Positions 12,951 to 26,186 of a stretch of DNA of 60,000 bases are shown piece after piece; position 1 is the stretch's first letter; every line of letters starts with the position of its first letter. The notes beneath the pieces were generated by a model that saw nothing but the letters and a program-made list of their open reading frames with translations, did not search any database and was not told the origin of the DNA. Source of the stretch: Malacoraja senta (Eukaryota); NCBI GenBank assembly GCA_038087875.1, contig CM075989.1:16184001-16244000 (forward strand), given 5' to 3'. The position numbers were made by a program, and so were the translations under genes.

Positions 12951-13483
12951 AAACATAGAAAATAGGTGCAGGAGTAGGCCATTTGGCCCTTCGAGCCTGC
13001 ACCGCCATTCAATATGATCATGGCTGATCATCCAACTCAGTATCCTGTACCTGCCTTCTCTCCATACCCCCTGATCCCTTTAGCCACAAGGGCCACATCT
13101 AACTCCCTCTTAAATATAGCCAATGAACTGGCCTCAACTACCTTCTGTGGCAGAGAGTTCCAGAGATTCACCACTCTCTGTGTGAAAAATGTTTTTCTCA
13201 TCTCGGTTCTAAAGTATTTCCCCTTAATCCTTAAACTGTGACCCCTTGTCCTGGACTTCCCCAACATCGGGAACAATCTTCCTGCATCTAGCCTGTCCAA
13301 CCCCTTAAGAATTTTGTAAGTTTCTATAAGATTCTAGCGAGTACAAGCCGAGTCTATCCAGTCTTTCTTCATATGAAAGTCCTGACATCCCAGGAATCAA
13401 TCTGGTGAACCTTCTCTGTACGCCCTCTATGGCAAGAATGTCTTTCCTCAGATTTGGAGACCAAAACTGTACGCAATACTCCA
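12951..13483 (-). mobile_element. CR1 LINE 3' fragment
   Basis: Encodes YCVQFWSPNLRKDILAIEGVQRRFTRLIPG and TRGHSLRIKG...FFTQRVVNLWNSLP, typical of the CR1 ORF2 C-terminus. Confidence 0.9.
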
Positions 13484-13519
13484 GTAACAATACTACAGTA
13501 ACTAGAACAAAGTAAAAGC

Positions 13520-13800
13520 CCTGAAAGTATTTATTTAAATGCATGAAGCATTTGTAGTAACATTGATAAGTTGACAGTACATAGCAACATACGAGTGAGT
13601 GCGACCTGATTGTAGGGTGACCAGTACTGGCTGCTCAATATTCCAGGTTATCCAAGGTTCCAGAAAAGAAGGCAGAATAGGTAAAAGGGACAGACTAGTG
13701 TCATCAATAACAGGCAGCAGATCAGTATTGATCCTGATAGTGAAGACAGTGGGATAGTAATGTAGAATCAGGACTGGGATCGGAGATGTTGAGAAAAAGA
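13520..13800 (+). mobile_element. Old CR1 ORF2 endonuclease remnant
   Basis: Degenerate YLNA(R)SI..IDKL and WLLNIPGY motifs of the CR1 APE endonuclease N-terminus. Confidence 0.55.
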
Positions 13801-14447
13801 TTACCAGGCAAGCAGAGAAAAAAACGTTAATGACACACTCAAACCCTCTGTGAATGAAGCAACACCCGCGGTAATCCCCAACTTGCAACCACTCAAATCA
13901 GAGCAACAACATTGGGGGTGGTATTCAGGTCCATGGCATGGCTCAAGTCTCCTGCCCCATCTGTGTTCCCACACTAGCCTCATCTGTCTCGCTGTTGAAC
14001 ACAGAAACAGAATGAACATGGATTATCTCTGATTCTAAGAGGCAACCTCCAAAAAATGATTACCCCAATATCCAAAGCACTTGACTAGGCCTATTAAGTT
14101 TTAGGCAATCCTTGGAGCAAACCTTAACAAATGCAGAAAGATCTTTTTTAATCTAGTTCTGGAACGGTTTTGAAGTGCAATCACAATTTTTCATAAGACT
14201 CCAATAGTCATCTGTCTTATTATTATTATTCAGAAAACCTGGGGTTCAGCAACTGATTCATTATGTGATGATTCAGAACTTCCAGTCTTTTAATTCTATT
14301 CCACTCTTAACATCTGAGCAATTATAAATGCAATTCCTAGAAGTTACATATTCAATGATCCAAAATATTTATTGTTGGACAGCTGAGCATGGAGTGCCAA
14401 CTAGGCACTCCTATTATTTCTGATGGAAAAAAAAAATCAATCTTTTT

Positions 14448-15040
14448 TTTCCCGACACCTCCAACGGGATCCCACCACTGGCCACATCTTCCCATCTCCT
14501 CCCCTTTCGGCTTTCCGCAGAGACAACACCCTTCATAACTCCCTGGTTAATTCGTCCCTTCCCACCCAAATCCCCCCTTCCCCTGGTACTTTCCCTTGCA
14601 ACTGCAGGAAATGCTACACTTGTCGCTTTACATCAGCACTTGGCTCAGCACTTCAACTCCCCCTCCCATTCCGTATCCGACCTTTCTGTCCTGGGCCACC
14701 TCCATGGCCAGAGTGAGTCCCACTGCAAATTGGAGGAGCAGCACCTCATATTTCGCTTGGGTAGTTTACACCCCAGCAGTATGAACATTGACCTCCAATT
14801 TCAGGTAATCCTTGCTTTCTCCCTCCTTCCCCTCCCCAGCTCTCCCACAGCCCACTGTCTCCGCCTCTTCTTTTCTTCTTCCTACCCCCCCCCCCCCAAC
14901 ATCAGTATCAGTCTGAAGAAGGGTCTCGACCCAAAACGTCGCCTGTTCCTTCGCTCCATAGATGGTGCCTCACTGCTGAGTTTCTCAAGCATTTTTGTCT
15001 ACCTTTGATTTTTCCAGCATCTGCAGTTCTTTCTTAAACA
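14448..15040 (+). mobile_element. Penelope-like element fragment, internally deleted
   Basis: RHLQRDPTTGHIFPSPPLSAFRRD...CNCRKCYTC; homologous to 24810-25628. Confidence 0.85.
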
Positions 15041-17619
15041 GTCTGTTTTTTTTATACCATCAGACCAGTCTGAGAAATTTAACTTGCATGAATACATACA
15101 TTTCTGTGCAAAATGTATTATTTCATGCAGTATAGATTTTATATTTGTCTGTAGATATTTGAAATGGAAAACCTAAATAAGCTTAAAATGTTACTTAAGT
15201 GCCAAGTTACACATCTTGACAATTGCCTCTTATTAGGGTATGGAGCGTTAAAACTCAGATTTACAAGCAGCCGTATCCTGCTATATTGGGCGACACCTCT
15301 TAAACTTGACAATACATGCTGCGAATCTCCAAGATGAGCGACAGCACATGAACAGAGACTCTGGAAAGGATGACTCTCAGATAATTCCACGCCGATTAGT
15401 CTTCTGGAGGTCAAGTGGGTACAAGGGGCATTTCCCACCTTCGAGGGAAATGGTAATCTGCTAGGCAGGCTTATCTGCATTTGTCTTTAAGTCTATTTGC
15501 AGCAGTTGGTAAGTGTGCTGGAAACAAGCCACTTTGCAGCTCTCTTGTTCAGGAAACGGCTGGTGCCAAATTTGAAATCAGAATTAAAAACAAAAGAATA
15601 GATGAAAAACAGCAAAAATATATATATTTTTTAAACAAACAGGTTTCATACAAGGAACAGGTAGCAAATTAACCCTTTGGTTGTAAGTCCAAGTCATAGG
15701 TGTGTGTTACCCCATTATTAGCCACTGATGTATGCTGAGGTAAGCTCCATTCATACTACATAGACTCTACCTTTACTTGGCTGCTTTTCCTACAGCAGAT
15801 CAATGCACGCTACTCCAAAATTATAACTACATTGAAGAAACAATCATCCCCACATCACTGCCAAGAAAAAACAAATGGATAAATGAAAATTGGCCCCAGG
15901 TGTAGGTGTGACATTGGTGACACTGACAGAAAACAACTGTGGGCACTCCAGGCAAAGCCACTTCCAGGATAGGTTCAGTGTGTTCAATTACTCTAACATG
16001 TGCTTACTTAATGGGATTTCTGTTGACAGTACACCAAACATTAGAGCTTATCCGGGAAAGTATATGAAGCACCAAACGATCTAAAACAGCATGGCAGGAG
16101 ATGAAAATGTCTGGAGCAAAGGTGAAGCAACTGCAAATTGAAAGATGTTTTTTGGGAAAGTAGATACAAATATGAAAAAGGGACAGGCATCAGCTTAGGA
16201 TGCTATGCTCCCCACTGCAGGTTTAATAGACAGCCAGAACACCATTTCGTCAGAGTGAAATCAGGGAACGGAAATTGCATTTTATTTGAATAGGATTTTT
16301 TTAACTTAGGAAAACCAAAATAATCTTTCCATTGTAGCAATTCTTTGGATGTAGAGCAAAGTTAAGTGACCTGTAAAGGGTCATTTCTTCCAACTTCTGT
16401 ACATTCAAATATATCTTTCAATAAATAGATGCAGTTAAATGTTTAGTGGTATAGCAACATATTGCTTTAATTTCAATAAATTGATGACGCATACTGCTGA
16501 TAACCAAATGATAGAAGCCTATTCAAAATGTCATTGCATAATTACACTGAGGATTCAACTATAGTTTGTAAAATAAATTCATTTAAATTCACTAGAAAAT
16601 GTGCTCCTGGAAATTTTGCAGAAGTGAGCTTGGCTGGGAATTCAGAACTCATTCCCCAGCCACTCTCTCATAAATAAAAGGAGACAGCCAATGGTGCAAG
16701 CCAGGAAAGGAATTATTTGCCTTCGTACCAAACACAGGGTTTTTTTAAGCCTGAAAACTAAAGAGAGCGATTATCAAGATAAAATTCTAACTGAGGTTAA
16801 TAATTATTTCTCTAAACTCATCTGAATTCTATAATGACAAGAGACTGCAGATGCTAGAATCCAAATCAGAATACTGGAGGAACTCAGCACATCAAGCAGC
16901 ATCCGTGGGGGAAAATAGGTGCAAACAGACATCGCAAGTCTGAAGAAGTCGACCAGAAACGTCACCCATTCCTTCTCTCCAGAGATGCTGCCTGACCCGC
17001 TGAGTTACTCCAGCATTTTGTGTCTACCTTCGATTTAAACCAGCATCTGCAGTTCTTTCCTACACATCGCAAGTTAAAACCTAGCATCAGGACTGAGATG
17101 GAACAGGAATCATTACCAGTATAAAACAGTAAGGGGGGGGAGGGCACAAAGAGAATTAGGGAATGGTAATAGATGGATTCAGATGGGGAGGACATAATGG
17201 GCAGATGGAAGTAGGTGGGAGGGTTGGGGGAGAAAGGATGCTGGATAGATAGAAGCATGTTGGGTTGGGTGGGGTGAGGGTAAGAGATAACAAAGGGAGA
17301 AGAAAACTAGGTGAACAGAGGAGCGTGTGTGGGAGGAGAGCACTGGAATGCAGGTTGCCCAAAATCAGAAGATTCAACGTCAGTTCTGGAGGTCGTAAGC
17401 AACCCAAGTAGAATAGCAGATGATCGTTCACATTGTTTAGGCCTGTCAAAGCAATGGATAAAGCAGAAGACAGTGTGAGATTGGGAAGGAAAGTTAAAAT
17501 GATGTACAACTAACTGGAAGATTGAGGTGGTTGGTGCAGACAGCGCACAGGTGCTCCGCAAAATGGTCGCCTAGACTATACTTAGTTTCACCCTTGTAGA
17601 GATCTTCACAATAAGCCAG

Positions 17620-18540
17620 TTCGGTATTGCGACTGCGCATGCACAGGTCATAGGTCACTCGGGCTAAACACTCGTGGCGGCCGTGCCGCTGCATGGGGGC
17701 AGACCTGCATCTCATCCCAATCCAGCGGCGGCTGGGCCGTCGCCGTCCCCTCCTGAGTGTCCCGTCGGGGGGGCGGCCCCGGGCCGGCAGGAGCCGGACA
17801 GGAGCGGCAGAGCGAGGAGGGGGTGGGGCGCCGCTTCCAGCTTGGCTCTGCCTGTCCCGTGTTGAGCTGGGGCCGGTGCCTCCCCTCCTCACTGGCTGCG
17901 GGCCTGGGCCGACACTCCCGCCCGCGGACCTCTGGATAGAAGACCCTCCTTCAGACTTCCTACACATTAGACTTTTGCGCCGTGGTTGGGATGGATGGGA
18001 GCAGGGATTTCGATGGGCGCAAGGAACAAATGACCTAAAGTTTGCGTTGAGTGATCTGAGTGTTCTTAACGTCCTCGTCGTACACCGCCGTTTTGTGAGA
18101 GTGGTTGGATCCTAGCTTCAGCTCAACCAACGTCGGTCACATTATCCGGACAGGCGGCGGGGGAATCAGGAGCTGATGTGAGGCATCGGCGATGCTCTGG
18201 AATCCTAGTCGCCCGCCGCCGAGTAGCGGGGTCGAAGAGGTAGCGCCCGACCTGGGAGTAGAGGTGTCAGTTCATCCAGCGGCGAGTGGAGAGGCACCAG
18301 CGGCCGCAGACCGCTCACCTGTCGGGCACTGACTCCTCGATCCCGGGATCCAACCACTCTCACAAAACGCCGGTTAACGGCGAGGACGGTAAGAACATTC
18401 AGTTCACTCAATGCAAACTTCAGGTCATTTGTTCCTTGCGCCCGTGGAAATCTCCAGTGCGGTTGAGACGAGGGGGTTCTGAAGTTGCATTCTCTCGATG
18501 GAGGACATTTTCTCGACTCTCCTAGAAGCAACGAGCCATG
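17620..18540. promoter_or_regulatory. Orphan CpG island in ADAM10 intron 1
   Basis: Abrupt GC- and CpG-rich block with NRF1-like TGCGCATGCA (17634-17643), DR1 AGGTCATAGGTCA (17645-17657) and GC boxes. Confidence 0.55.
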
Positions 18541-20606
18541 GCTTTACCAGTGGTTGTCTGTCTAACTGAAATCTCTCTTCCCCACCTCTCACCGTCACTC
18601 CCACTCGTATCTACCCCCCTCTCTCTTGCTGTTACACCCCGTTCGCTTTTTTAAATTCTCAAATGACCTTTGAAAAATCCCATGATTCCTTGCATTTTTC
18701 GGAATACCGAACTGGCTTATTACAGAACTAAGAGTCAAAAGTATTTCATTGTTATATGACAGTAGAACAATGATATTGTTACTTGCAGCAGCATGAGTGG
18801 CCAGTTATTAAATTACAAGTCAAATATCAAGTCATCTGCCTTATAAAGATGTGTTTCAGGTGGAAAAACTTCAGCGAGGATGAACCATAACAGTAGCTGG
18901 GGAAGGCAAAATGAATCCTCGAGGAGTTTTATTTCCCTGCAATGAACAGAAAGCTAAGAAATGGGTAAGAAATAGAGGGAACTACACATAACCCTCTAGT
19001 CCAACAACCACCTCAGAGCCAGAGGTGTGTACCACCATCATTCTTGTCTGCACTGCAAGATTTGTTTAGATACTATTCAAATGTTAGATGGAGTTTAGAA
19101 AAACACATAAATCCACTTATCTCTTACACACAGGAGGAAATGCACACAAAGAGGATCATTCAATTTTACAACACCCTGAACCGTTCACATGTTGTTAAAG
19201 ATTGATAGCTGTGAAACCTAGTGAATTGCGTAATGTTTCTTCTTTGAGCGAGGTAAGATGCCGACCTACATGTAAAACTTCTACATTTGCCTATTAAATC
19301 CTTTGGACACAGCCTGTCATCATTGCGGTTTTATTGCCTCTTCTGCACATTTATGATGATAACCCAAGTCAAAGAGCAGATCTCTTCATTTACCGAATAG
19401 ATAACGGGACTGTGACAACAAAACAATATGTATATATACTACTGTACATGACAAGTGCAATAGAATATCCGCCATTAACATGTGCTCCTCCAACCTCAAC
19501 GATGTCGGAGTGACAGACGGGAATAGCAAAAATCATTTTTAAATACATTGATACCTTCCCTAAAGTACCGTAGGACAACATGTTACGGGTGAGCAAAACT
19601 AAAAGATAAATAGGTAATTGACATGAATGTTAAGAAAGTCCGACACGTAAACACACGCAAGAATCGGTCCGTTTCCTGGAATAGTCATTGCTTCGAACTG
19701 GATCACATCACAGGGTGTGGACATGCACCAGCCGCTGAGATAACATAAACCAATACTGCCCGGGGAAAATATTACTGTGCAAGAACCAAGTGCCGTGGAA
19801 CAAGAGCCATCAGACTGGAGTTTACGACTAATGATTTGGTCACAGAAATTTAGTGCCACTTCTCACGTTCCTTTGTAAGCTGTGTACGGGGATATATTCT
19901 TTCCCCATCAACTAACGTTATAAACCGATATGATCTCACACAATTATAATCGCGTTGAAAACCTCGATCATGCACATAAATAATGTATTTTTTTAAATCA
20001 CTCAATTGCCTGCTGTAGCCTAATGTTTACCCCCCACCTCCCAGAATAAACACCTGTCTGGATCCTAAACAAACTGCAGTCTATCTTTGTTTACCAGCAC
20101 AAGCCCTTTTACATTAATACACTAATTAAAATTTAAAATGCACACGGTGTGGATGAGCCGAGAGTGCTCCGACAGAATGTGACGTTAAACCCCACACGCT
20201 GGAGCAAGTGATGGGGGAAAAGGGAGTGCAAGGCCGGCCGTGCAACAGGAGGGAGCTGGGGCAACGGGAGAGGGATCGGGCCGGCGGGGGGGAAACAGTG
20301 GAGATCGGCCCGGGCAACGGGAGAGAGGGATCGGGCCGAAGAGCTGCGAGAGCCGGGTGCCGGTACTCCAGCAGCGGAAGGCGGGCTCAACCCGCTGCCA
20401 AGGGAACAACACGGCCTCCAACGTGGGTGAGAGGGCTGGGGTGGGGACACTCCGGCGCCCGGGCCAAGAGCCGTGCACCCCCCGGCAGCCATGGCACGGA
20501 GAGCGCCGGGCTTTAGGCCAAGGCCTCGGGAGTCCGGTGATTCCCTGGGCGGGAACAAAATAAAAGCATGGCATCGCAAGCCCGCCGCCAGCCCAGCCTC
20601 TCTTAC

Positions 20607-20673
20607 CCCGCAAACTCGATGGCCAGCACAGCAGCAGCGCGGCTCCGAACCACCGCATCGCTGGAGCCCGCAT
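20607..20673 (-). CDS. ADAM10: ADAM10 coding exon 1 (signal peptide MRAPAMRWFGAALLLCWPSSLR+G)
   Basis: ATG in a CpG island, hydrophobic signal peptide, and donor G|GTAAGA at 20606. The 67-nt exon ends in phase 1 and joins exon 2 in frame ([10 protein letters not shown]). Confidence 0.88.
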
Positions 20674-20710
20674 CCCGGGGCCTCCCGTCCGCCCGGCCCG
20701 GCCCGGCCCG

Positions 20711-20765
20711 CACTCACTCCCTCACTCCCTCACTCCCTCACTCCCTCACTCCCTCACTCCCTCAC
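20711..20765 (-). repeat. (GGGAGTGA)n tandem repeat upstream of the ADAM10 start codon
   Basis: Six GGG tracts spaced every 8 nt on the sense strand. Confidence 0.9.
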
Positions 20766-23531
20766 GGCGGGATTAGATCGCCGACGCTCAGCCCGGCTGC
20801 CCAGCAGAGTCAGCGGCTCTCGGAGCCCCTCGCCCTCGGTGCTAAGCGAGCGCCAGCTGCCGGTTCCTGCCTTCCTGAAAACGCCGCTCCCCGGCCCATC
20901 CCGCCCCCGCTGCCAGATAAGGAGCCCGCTAGCCCTTAAAGGCGCCGCGCCCCAGCTCACAACTGCACTCGTTGTTGGACCTGCTCCAGTCGGAAAGCGC
21001 GTTGCCTCTTGTCTTCGCCCTTTGTAAACACTGTACATGCAGAGAATGAGGTAAAACTGAATGAGAAATACAATCACATAGCTCTCACTGCGAACGTGAA
21101 ATAGCAGCAGGTGGGCCATTCGGCCCGTCAATAGTGTTTAATTGTTATAACACCGAGATCTAAATAATGATGTTCTTGCTTTCTGCAGCTTTACAGGCAC
21201 ATTAATGCAACCAAGAAATGTACAATAGACAATAATACTATCGACTATATATCAGGTAACCCGACTATGGGTATACTAGGTAGTGGACCTTATACAAAGT
21301 TTATAGTAGTTCGGTGCTGAGGTAGACTTGTGGTTAGTATTGTGCAGGTTGGTTCAAGGAACTGATGGTTGAACCTGGAGGTAATGGTTCCTAGGCTCCC
21401 TTCCTCCAGTGAGATGAGAGCATAGCCAGGGTAGTGTGATTGCTGTTCTGCCGTTTATGACTGATCTTCACTCTCTTTCAAATTTCTTACGCTATCCCTT
21501 TATTCTTTAGACATCCAGACATCTATATTGATATCTGTTTTAGCTCCAGCAATGACTGAACCTCCACTGTCCTCCAGTGCAGAGAATTCCAAGGACTCAT
21601 CCACATTAGAATGAGGAACTTGCTCATCATCTGAGTCAAAAATGATACATCCCTTACTTTGAGACTGTGAACCCAGACTCCATAGCCAGGAAAACATTAT
21701 TCCCATGTCCCAACTCTTCGCCCTGTCAAGCCTCTAACAGTACTGTATGTTTCAATGTGGTCACCATCATTCTTCTCAGCTTGAGAGCAGACATTTTGTA
21801 CCTCCCAATTTTAATGCAATAGTTTTCCCACATAACCCATATGCAGTATCATAAGAACATATATATTTCTGTGTTAGTGGATTCTCTCTCCCCCCCCCCC
21901 CCTCCCTTCTCTGCTTCTTAAAACATGCTCATCTTCAAATTTATCCCAATCCCAACAGAAGTTAACCATCACAAAAGCCTTCAGTTTCTTTCCAGCAAAG
22001 TATCAATACTAGCACTGAACAATATAGGAAACAATATCAAATTAACCCTGACCCCTGAAACTCAGCACCAAAGCAGCTGGTGTATTAACTGTTTAATGAA
22101 ATGCATTATAATATCAAGACAAGTCAAGTTTATGGCCTATGCACAAGTACAACAATGAAAAAGTCTATAGCATTTCTATTATGATAAAATTTTAGAAATA
22201 AAGTGGTCTTGTTGGGAACATGATGAAAATTATCAAAATTGACCATACAAACTGCCAGATCAAAATAACAAAAATCATTAATATATTATATATACCATCA
22301 TTATATTATAAACTTTTAAACATATTCGATATCATGCCATACAGTACATTAAAAATGTACACAAATCACATGATAATGCAGTGTATTATTCAAGAAACAA
22401 GAAACAAGAAATATGTGAGGTAATTTTGCTTGAAAGAAGCAAGAAATATCCAACATAGCAAAACTCATGAACAACACAATGATTTTCACTTTGGTATGGA
22501 TGGCTTTACAATTTTAAAGAAATATTTTTACTTTTACCACTGAACCACAGTGGATACAATGTTCAGTGCATCCATCACCACGTTCAGAAGATACATATTT
22601 GTTACACCGTTCCAGTTTATTCACCTATACTTAATTTGAAAACCATAATAGCATTGGATCTATTCCACATCCTGTATTTCTATTCTCATTCCTGCTCCAA
22701 TAACCAGCATAAAAGGCTCCTCTTGCGATCTTCTTCCACAACAGCAGCCTTCACATTTGTTATATAATATAATCCTCCAAAATGTCAGCACTTCCATCTG
22801 ATGACAAACATCAGTTGTGCCTTCTCCTTCTCTCTCTTGTTTCATCATTTCATGGTTTTCTCTCTTGCATTATAAGATTCCTTCGGAGTCTGAAGAAGGG
22901 ACCTGAACCGAAACATCACCTATCCTACAAAGTACTCCAGCACTTACTGTCTTGTTTTGTAAACCAGCATTATCAGATCCTTGCATCTCTATTATTCCTT
23001 CTTTCATTTCTATCAATACTCAATATCTTCTGAGTTGCATCTTAACTCATGTTAACTCTTTGCACAATCAGCAATTTATTTCTAATTATTTTCATTCAGA
23101 ATGCTGTACTCACTACCCATGCTGATGTCCCTGCTACACTCAAACTGGTGACTACTTCTTGGAACAATTCTGTTCAGTCTGCTGTTGTAACTTGAGGTTT
23201 CCACTTGCCTATCACTCCACAAGCACTCTGACCTCTCCATCTATGCTTCCAACACTGCTCCAATGACATTCAAAGAAAACTCAAGGACCAGCAGCTTGTC
23301 TTTGAAATGGAGCATTAGAACTTTCTGTGTGGGTTGGTTGTTTATTTGCCCCAAGGTAGAATTTAGGAGTAGTTGATGAGATTGCAAGTGGAATTAAAAA
23401 TGAATTCATGTTTGTAAATGGGTAGTTGATGGTCAGTGTGGACTCGATGGACCCAAGGGCATGTTTCCTTGCAGTATCTCTGACTACTACAATGGCAAAG
23501 GATCAGATTGAAGCTCTGCAAGATTATAACA

Positions 23532-23835
23532 TCTAATATCCCGCGGTCTAGGCATAAGCTCAGGGGCGACCTCACCTTTGCGGTTGCAGCTCCTAGACTG
23601 TGGAACAGCATCCCCTTTCCCATCAAAACTGCCCCCTCCATCGACTCCTTTAAGTCAAGACTAAAAACGTATCTATACTCCCAAGCCTTTCTTGACGTCC
23701 TCTGAGCGAGGGCTATATGTATATATGTATGTAGTTTGTTTGTTTATACTATTCTTATAACAAATGTAAAGCACTTTGGCCAAAGAGAGTTGTTTTTTAA
23801 ATGTGCTACATAAATAAATGTGACTTGACTTGACT
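23532..23835 (+). mobile_element. L2 LINE 3' end
   Basis: Near-identical to the 3' end of the L2 at 2802-3908 in the opposite orientation, with a TGACT tail. Confidence 0.88.
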
Positions 23836-24799
23836 ATCATAAATGGTGATGTACAGATAAGTACTTCTGGGAGTAAGAGAGACTCTAAGAAAATGCTCCT
23901 CTGCAGTAATGGTAGGGCTAGACATTTGAACAGAATTATGTTCAGCCAGAAGGGCAGAATGGACGCTCTGTCTTGGCTTCACCCAGAGCTCCCTGTCGTC
24001 ACAGTAAAACGGTCTTCAACCAATTCGGTGCACATGATTTGCATTGCGTGGTCAAAAAATGGTTGACAGCATCTGAACAGCAAAAGCTTTGAGAGCAAAC
24101 ATTTGAGCTGTAGCCCGAAATACTTGAACTACAGAACAAGCTGCAACATGAACCAAGCTGCAATCATGTAGTTACAACATAGGCATCTATCCAATTAAGT
24201 GGAAAATTGCCCAGACATGTCCTACTCACAAAAAACAACAAATCCAGCCGAGCTGTACAATCAGTCTATTCTTAATCATCAGCAAAATGATGGAAGGTGT
24301 CATCAAGCCTTACCAATAACCCAATCAACGATGCACAATTTGGATTTTTCGAGGATTACTGGCTCTAGACCTCATCACAATCCGAGTCCAAATATGGACC
24401 TAGAATTCAATTACAGAGGTATGTAGAAAGTTACTACCTCTAACATAAAAGCAGCATTTGAATGAACATAGAGTCATGGATTGAACTAAATTTAATGGCC
24501 ATCAAAGGGAAAATACTTCACTGGTTGGAGTCATAAAGTTTTGGTCGCTGAAAGTCCATCGTTCCAATTTCATGACATTATTACAGGGGTTCCTCAGGGC
24601 AGTGTCCTAGTCTATTCTTTCCATTGTAATGTCGGAAATGGGAATGTTTATTGATGATTGCACAACATTCCATTCCATTCCATTTGCAACCCATTAGCAA
24701 ATTTACCAGCAATGTCTACACTTGACATTCACTAGCATTTATTTCACCTGGTCCCCATTAACAACCTGGTGGGATGATGGGGTGTCTTGAATGACCACA

Positions 24800-25628
24800 A
24801 ACTGGTCAGAGTCCCCATTGTCCTCACCTTCTACCCCATCAGCCGTCACAAACAGCATATAATCCTCCAACACTTTCGCCACCTCCAACGGGATCCCACT
24901 AGTGGCCACATCTTCCCATCTCCACCCCTTTCTGCTTTCCGCAGAGACCGTTCCTTCCGCAACTCCCTGGTCAACTCGTCCCTTCCCACCCTTCCCACCC
25001 ACTCCCCAGGTACTTTCCCCTGCAACCGCAGGCGATGTAACACCTGTCCCTTTACCTCCCCCCTCGACTCCATCCAAGGACCCCCACAATCTTTTCAGGT
25101 GAGGCAGAGGCTCACTTGCACCTCCTCCAATCTGATCTACTGTATCCGCTGTTCCAGGTGTCAACTTCTGTACATCGGTGAGACCAAGCGCAAGCTCGGC
25201 GATCGTTTCGCTGAACACCTCCGCTCAGTCTGCCTTTACCTACCTGATCTCCCGGTTGCTCAGCACTTTAACTCCCCCTCCCATTCCCAATCTGACCTTT
25301 CGATCCTGGGCCTCCTCCATTGTCAGAGTGAGGCCCAGTGAAAATTGGAGGAACAGCACCTCATATTTTGCTTGGGCAGCTTACACCCCTGCGGTGTGAA
25401 CATTGACTTCTCTAACCTCAAATAGCCCTTGCTTTTCCTCTTTCTCCATCCCTTCCCCCTTCCCAGTTCTCCCACCAGTCTTACTATCTCCGACTACATT
25501 CGATCTCTGTTCCGCCCACTCCCCTGACATCAGTCTGAAGAAGGGTCTCGACCCGAAACGTCACCCATTCCTTCTCTCCAGAGATGTTGCCTGTCCCGCT
25601 GAGTTACTCCTGCATTATGTGTCTACCT
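24800..25628 (+). mobile_element. Penelope-like element: GIY-YIG endonuclease region plus 3' terminal repeat
   Basis: ORF 24787-25341 has the CxxxxCxxC motif and NLIYCIRCSRCQLLYIGETKRKLGDRFAEH (GIY-YIG), with a premature stop. Confidence 0.9.
25535..25562 (+). ncRNA. Minimal type I hammerhead ribozyme motif in the Penelope terminal repeat
   Basis: CUGAAGA-A-GGGUC-UC-GACCC-GAAAC-GUC: both catalytic core boxes, stem II, palindromic ACGU stem III and a GUC triplet. Stem I is very short. Identical copies at 9452-9479 and 26111-26138. Confidence 0.6.
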
Positions 25629-25981
25629 TAGAAGTATATCTTCAATCCTTCATCCTCAGCAGGTACTTCCTTCTCAAGAACATTTGGGATTACTTTCTCA
25701 CAGAAAAAAGAAGTTCAGCATCACCTTCTCAAACAATTGGAGATAGGCAATAAATTCTGGTCTTGGACATGATGCCCAGATCTGAAAAATAATCCTCAAA
25801 AAGTCAGTGTCATTGACATAAAATGGTAATAAAGCTATACGTGGAGGAGTTATTGTCAGTGCCAAAATATTAATTCCACTGGAACACCACAAACATTGAC
25901 AAAAATAAGGTATTGCAGGCTAGACTCATTGTGTTCTATAATTATAATATAACAACGTAGAACACCATAACATAGCATAAT

Positions 25982-26186
25982 TGTTTAAGAAAGAACTGCA
26001 GATGCTGGAAAAATCAAAGGTAGACAGAAATGCTGGAGAAACTCAGCGGGTGAGGCAGCATCTATGGAGTGAAGGAATAGGCGACATTTCGGGTTGAGAC
26101 CTTCTTCAGTCTGAAGAAGGGTCTCGACCCGAAACGTCGCCTATTCCTTCGCTCCATAGATGCTGCCTCAACCGCTGAGTTTCTCG
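25982..26186. mobile_element. Palindromic Penelope-terminal-repeat insertion with TSD
   Basis: Inverted arms centred near 26110, flanked by the direct repeat AACATAGCATAAT(TGTTT) at 25969 and 26187. Confidence 0.8.

Larger units (their letters stand above)
20150..21020 (-). promoter_or_regulatory. ADAM10 CpG island promoter, 5' UTR and first exon region
   Basis: GC- and CpG-rich block surrounding ADAM10 exon 1, with GC boxes. Confidence 0.8.

Noticed and set aside
17693..18531. Two ORFs sharing AQGTNDLKFALS...RRFVRVVGS
   Set aside because: A by-product of the inverted repeat. Differences are a mix of silent and replacement changes, and no domain is recognisable.
20126..21131. Several overlapping 100-190 aa ORFs
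   Set aside because: Stop codons are rare in the GC-rich island; only the 67-nt ADAM10 exon has support.
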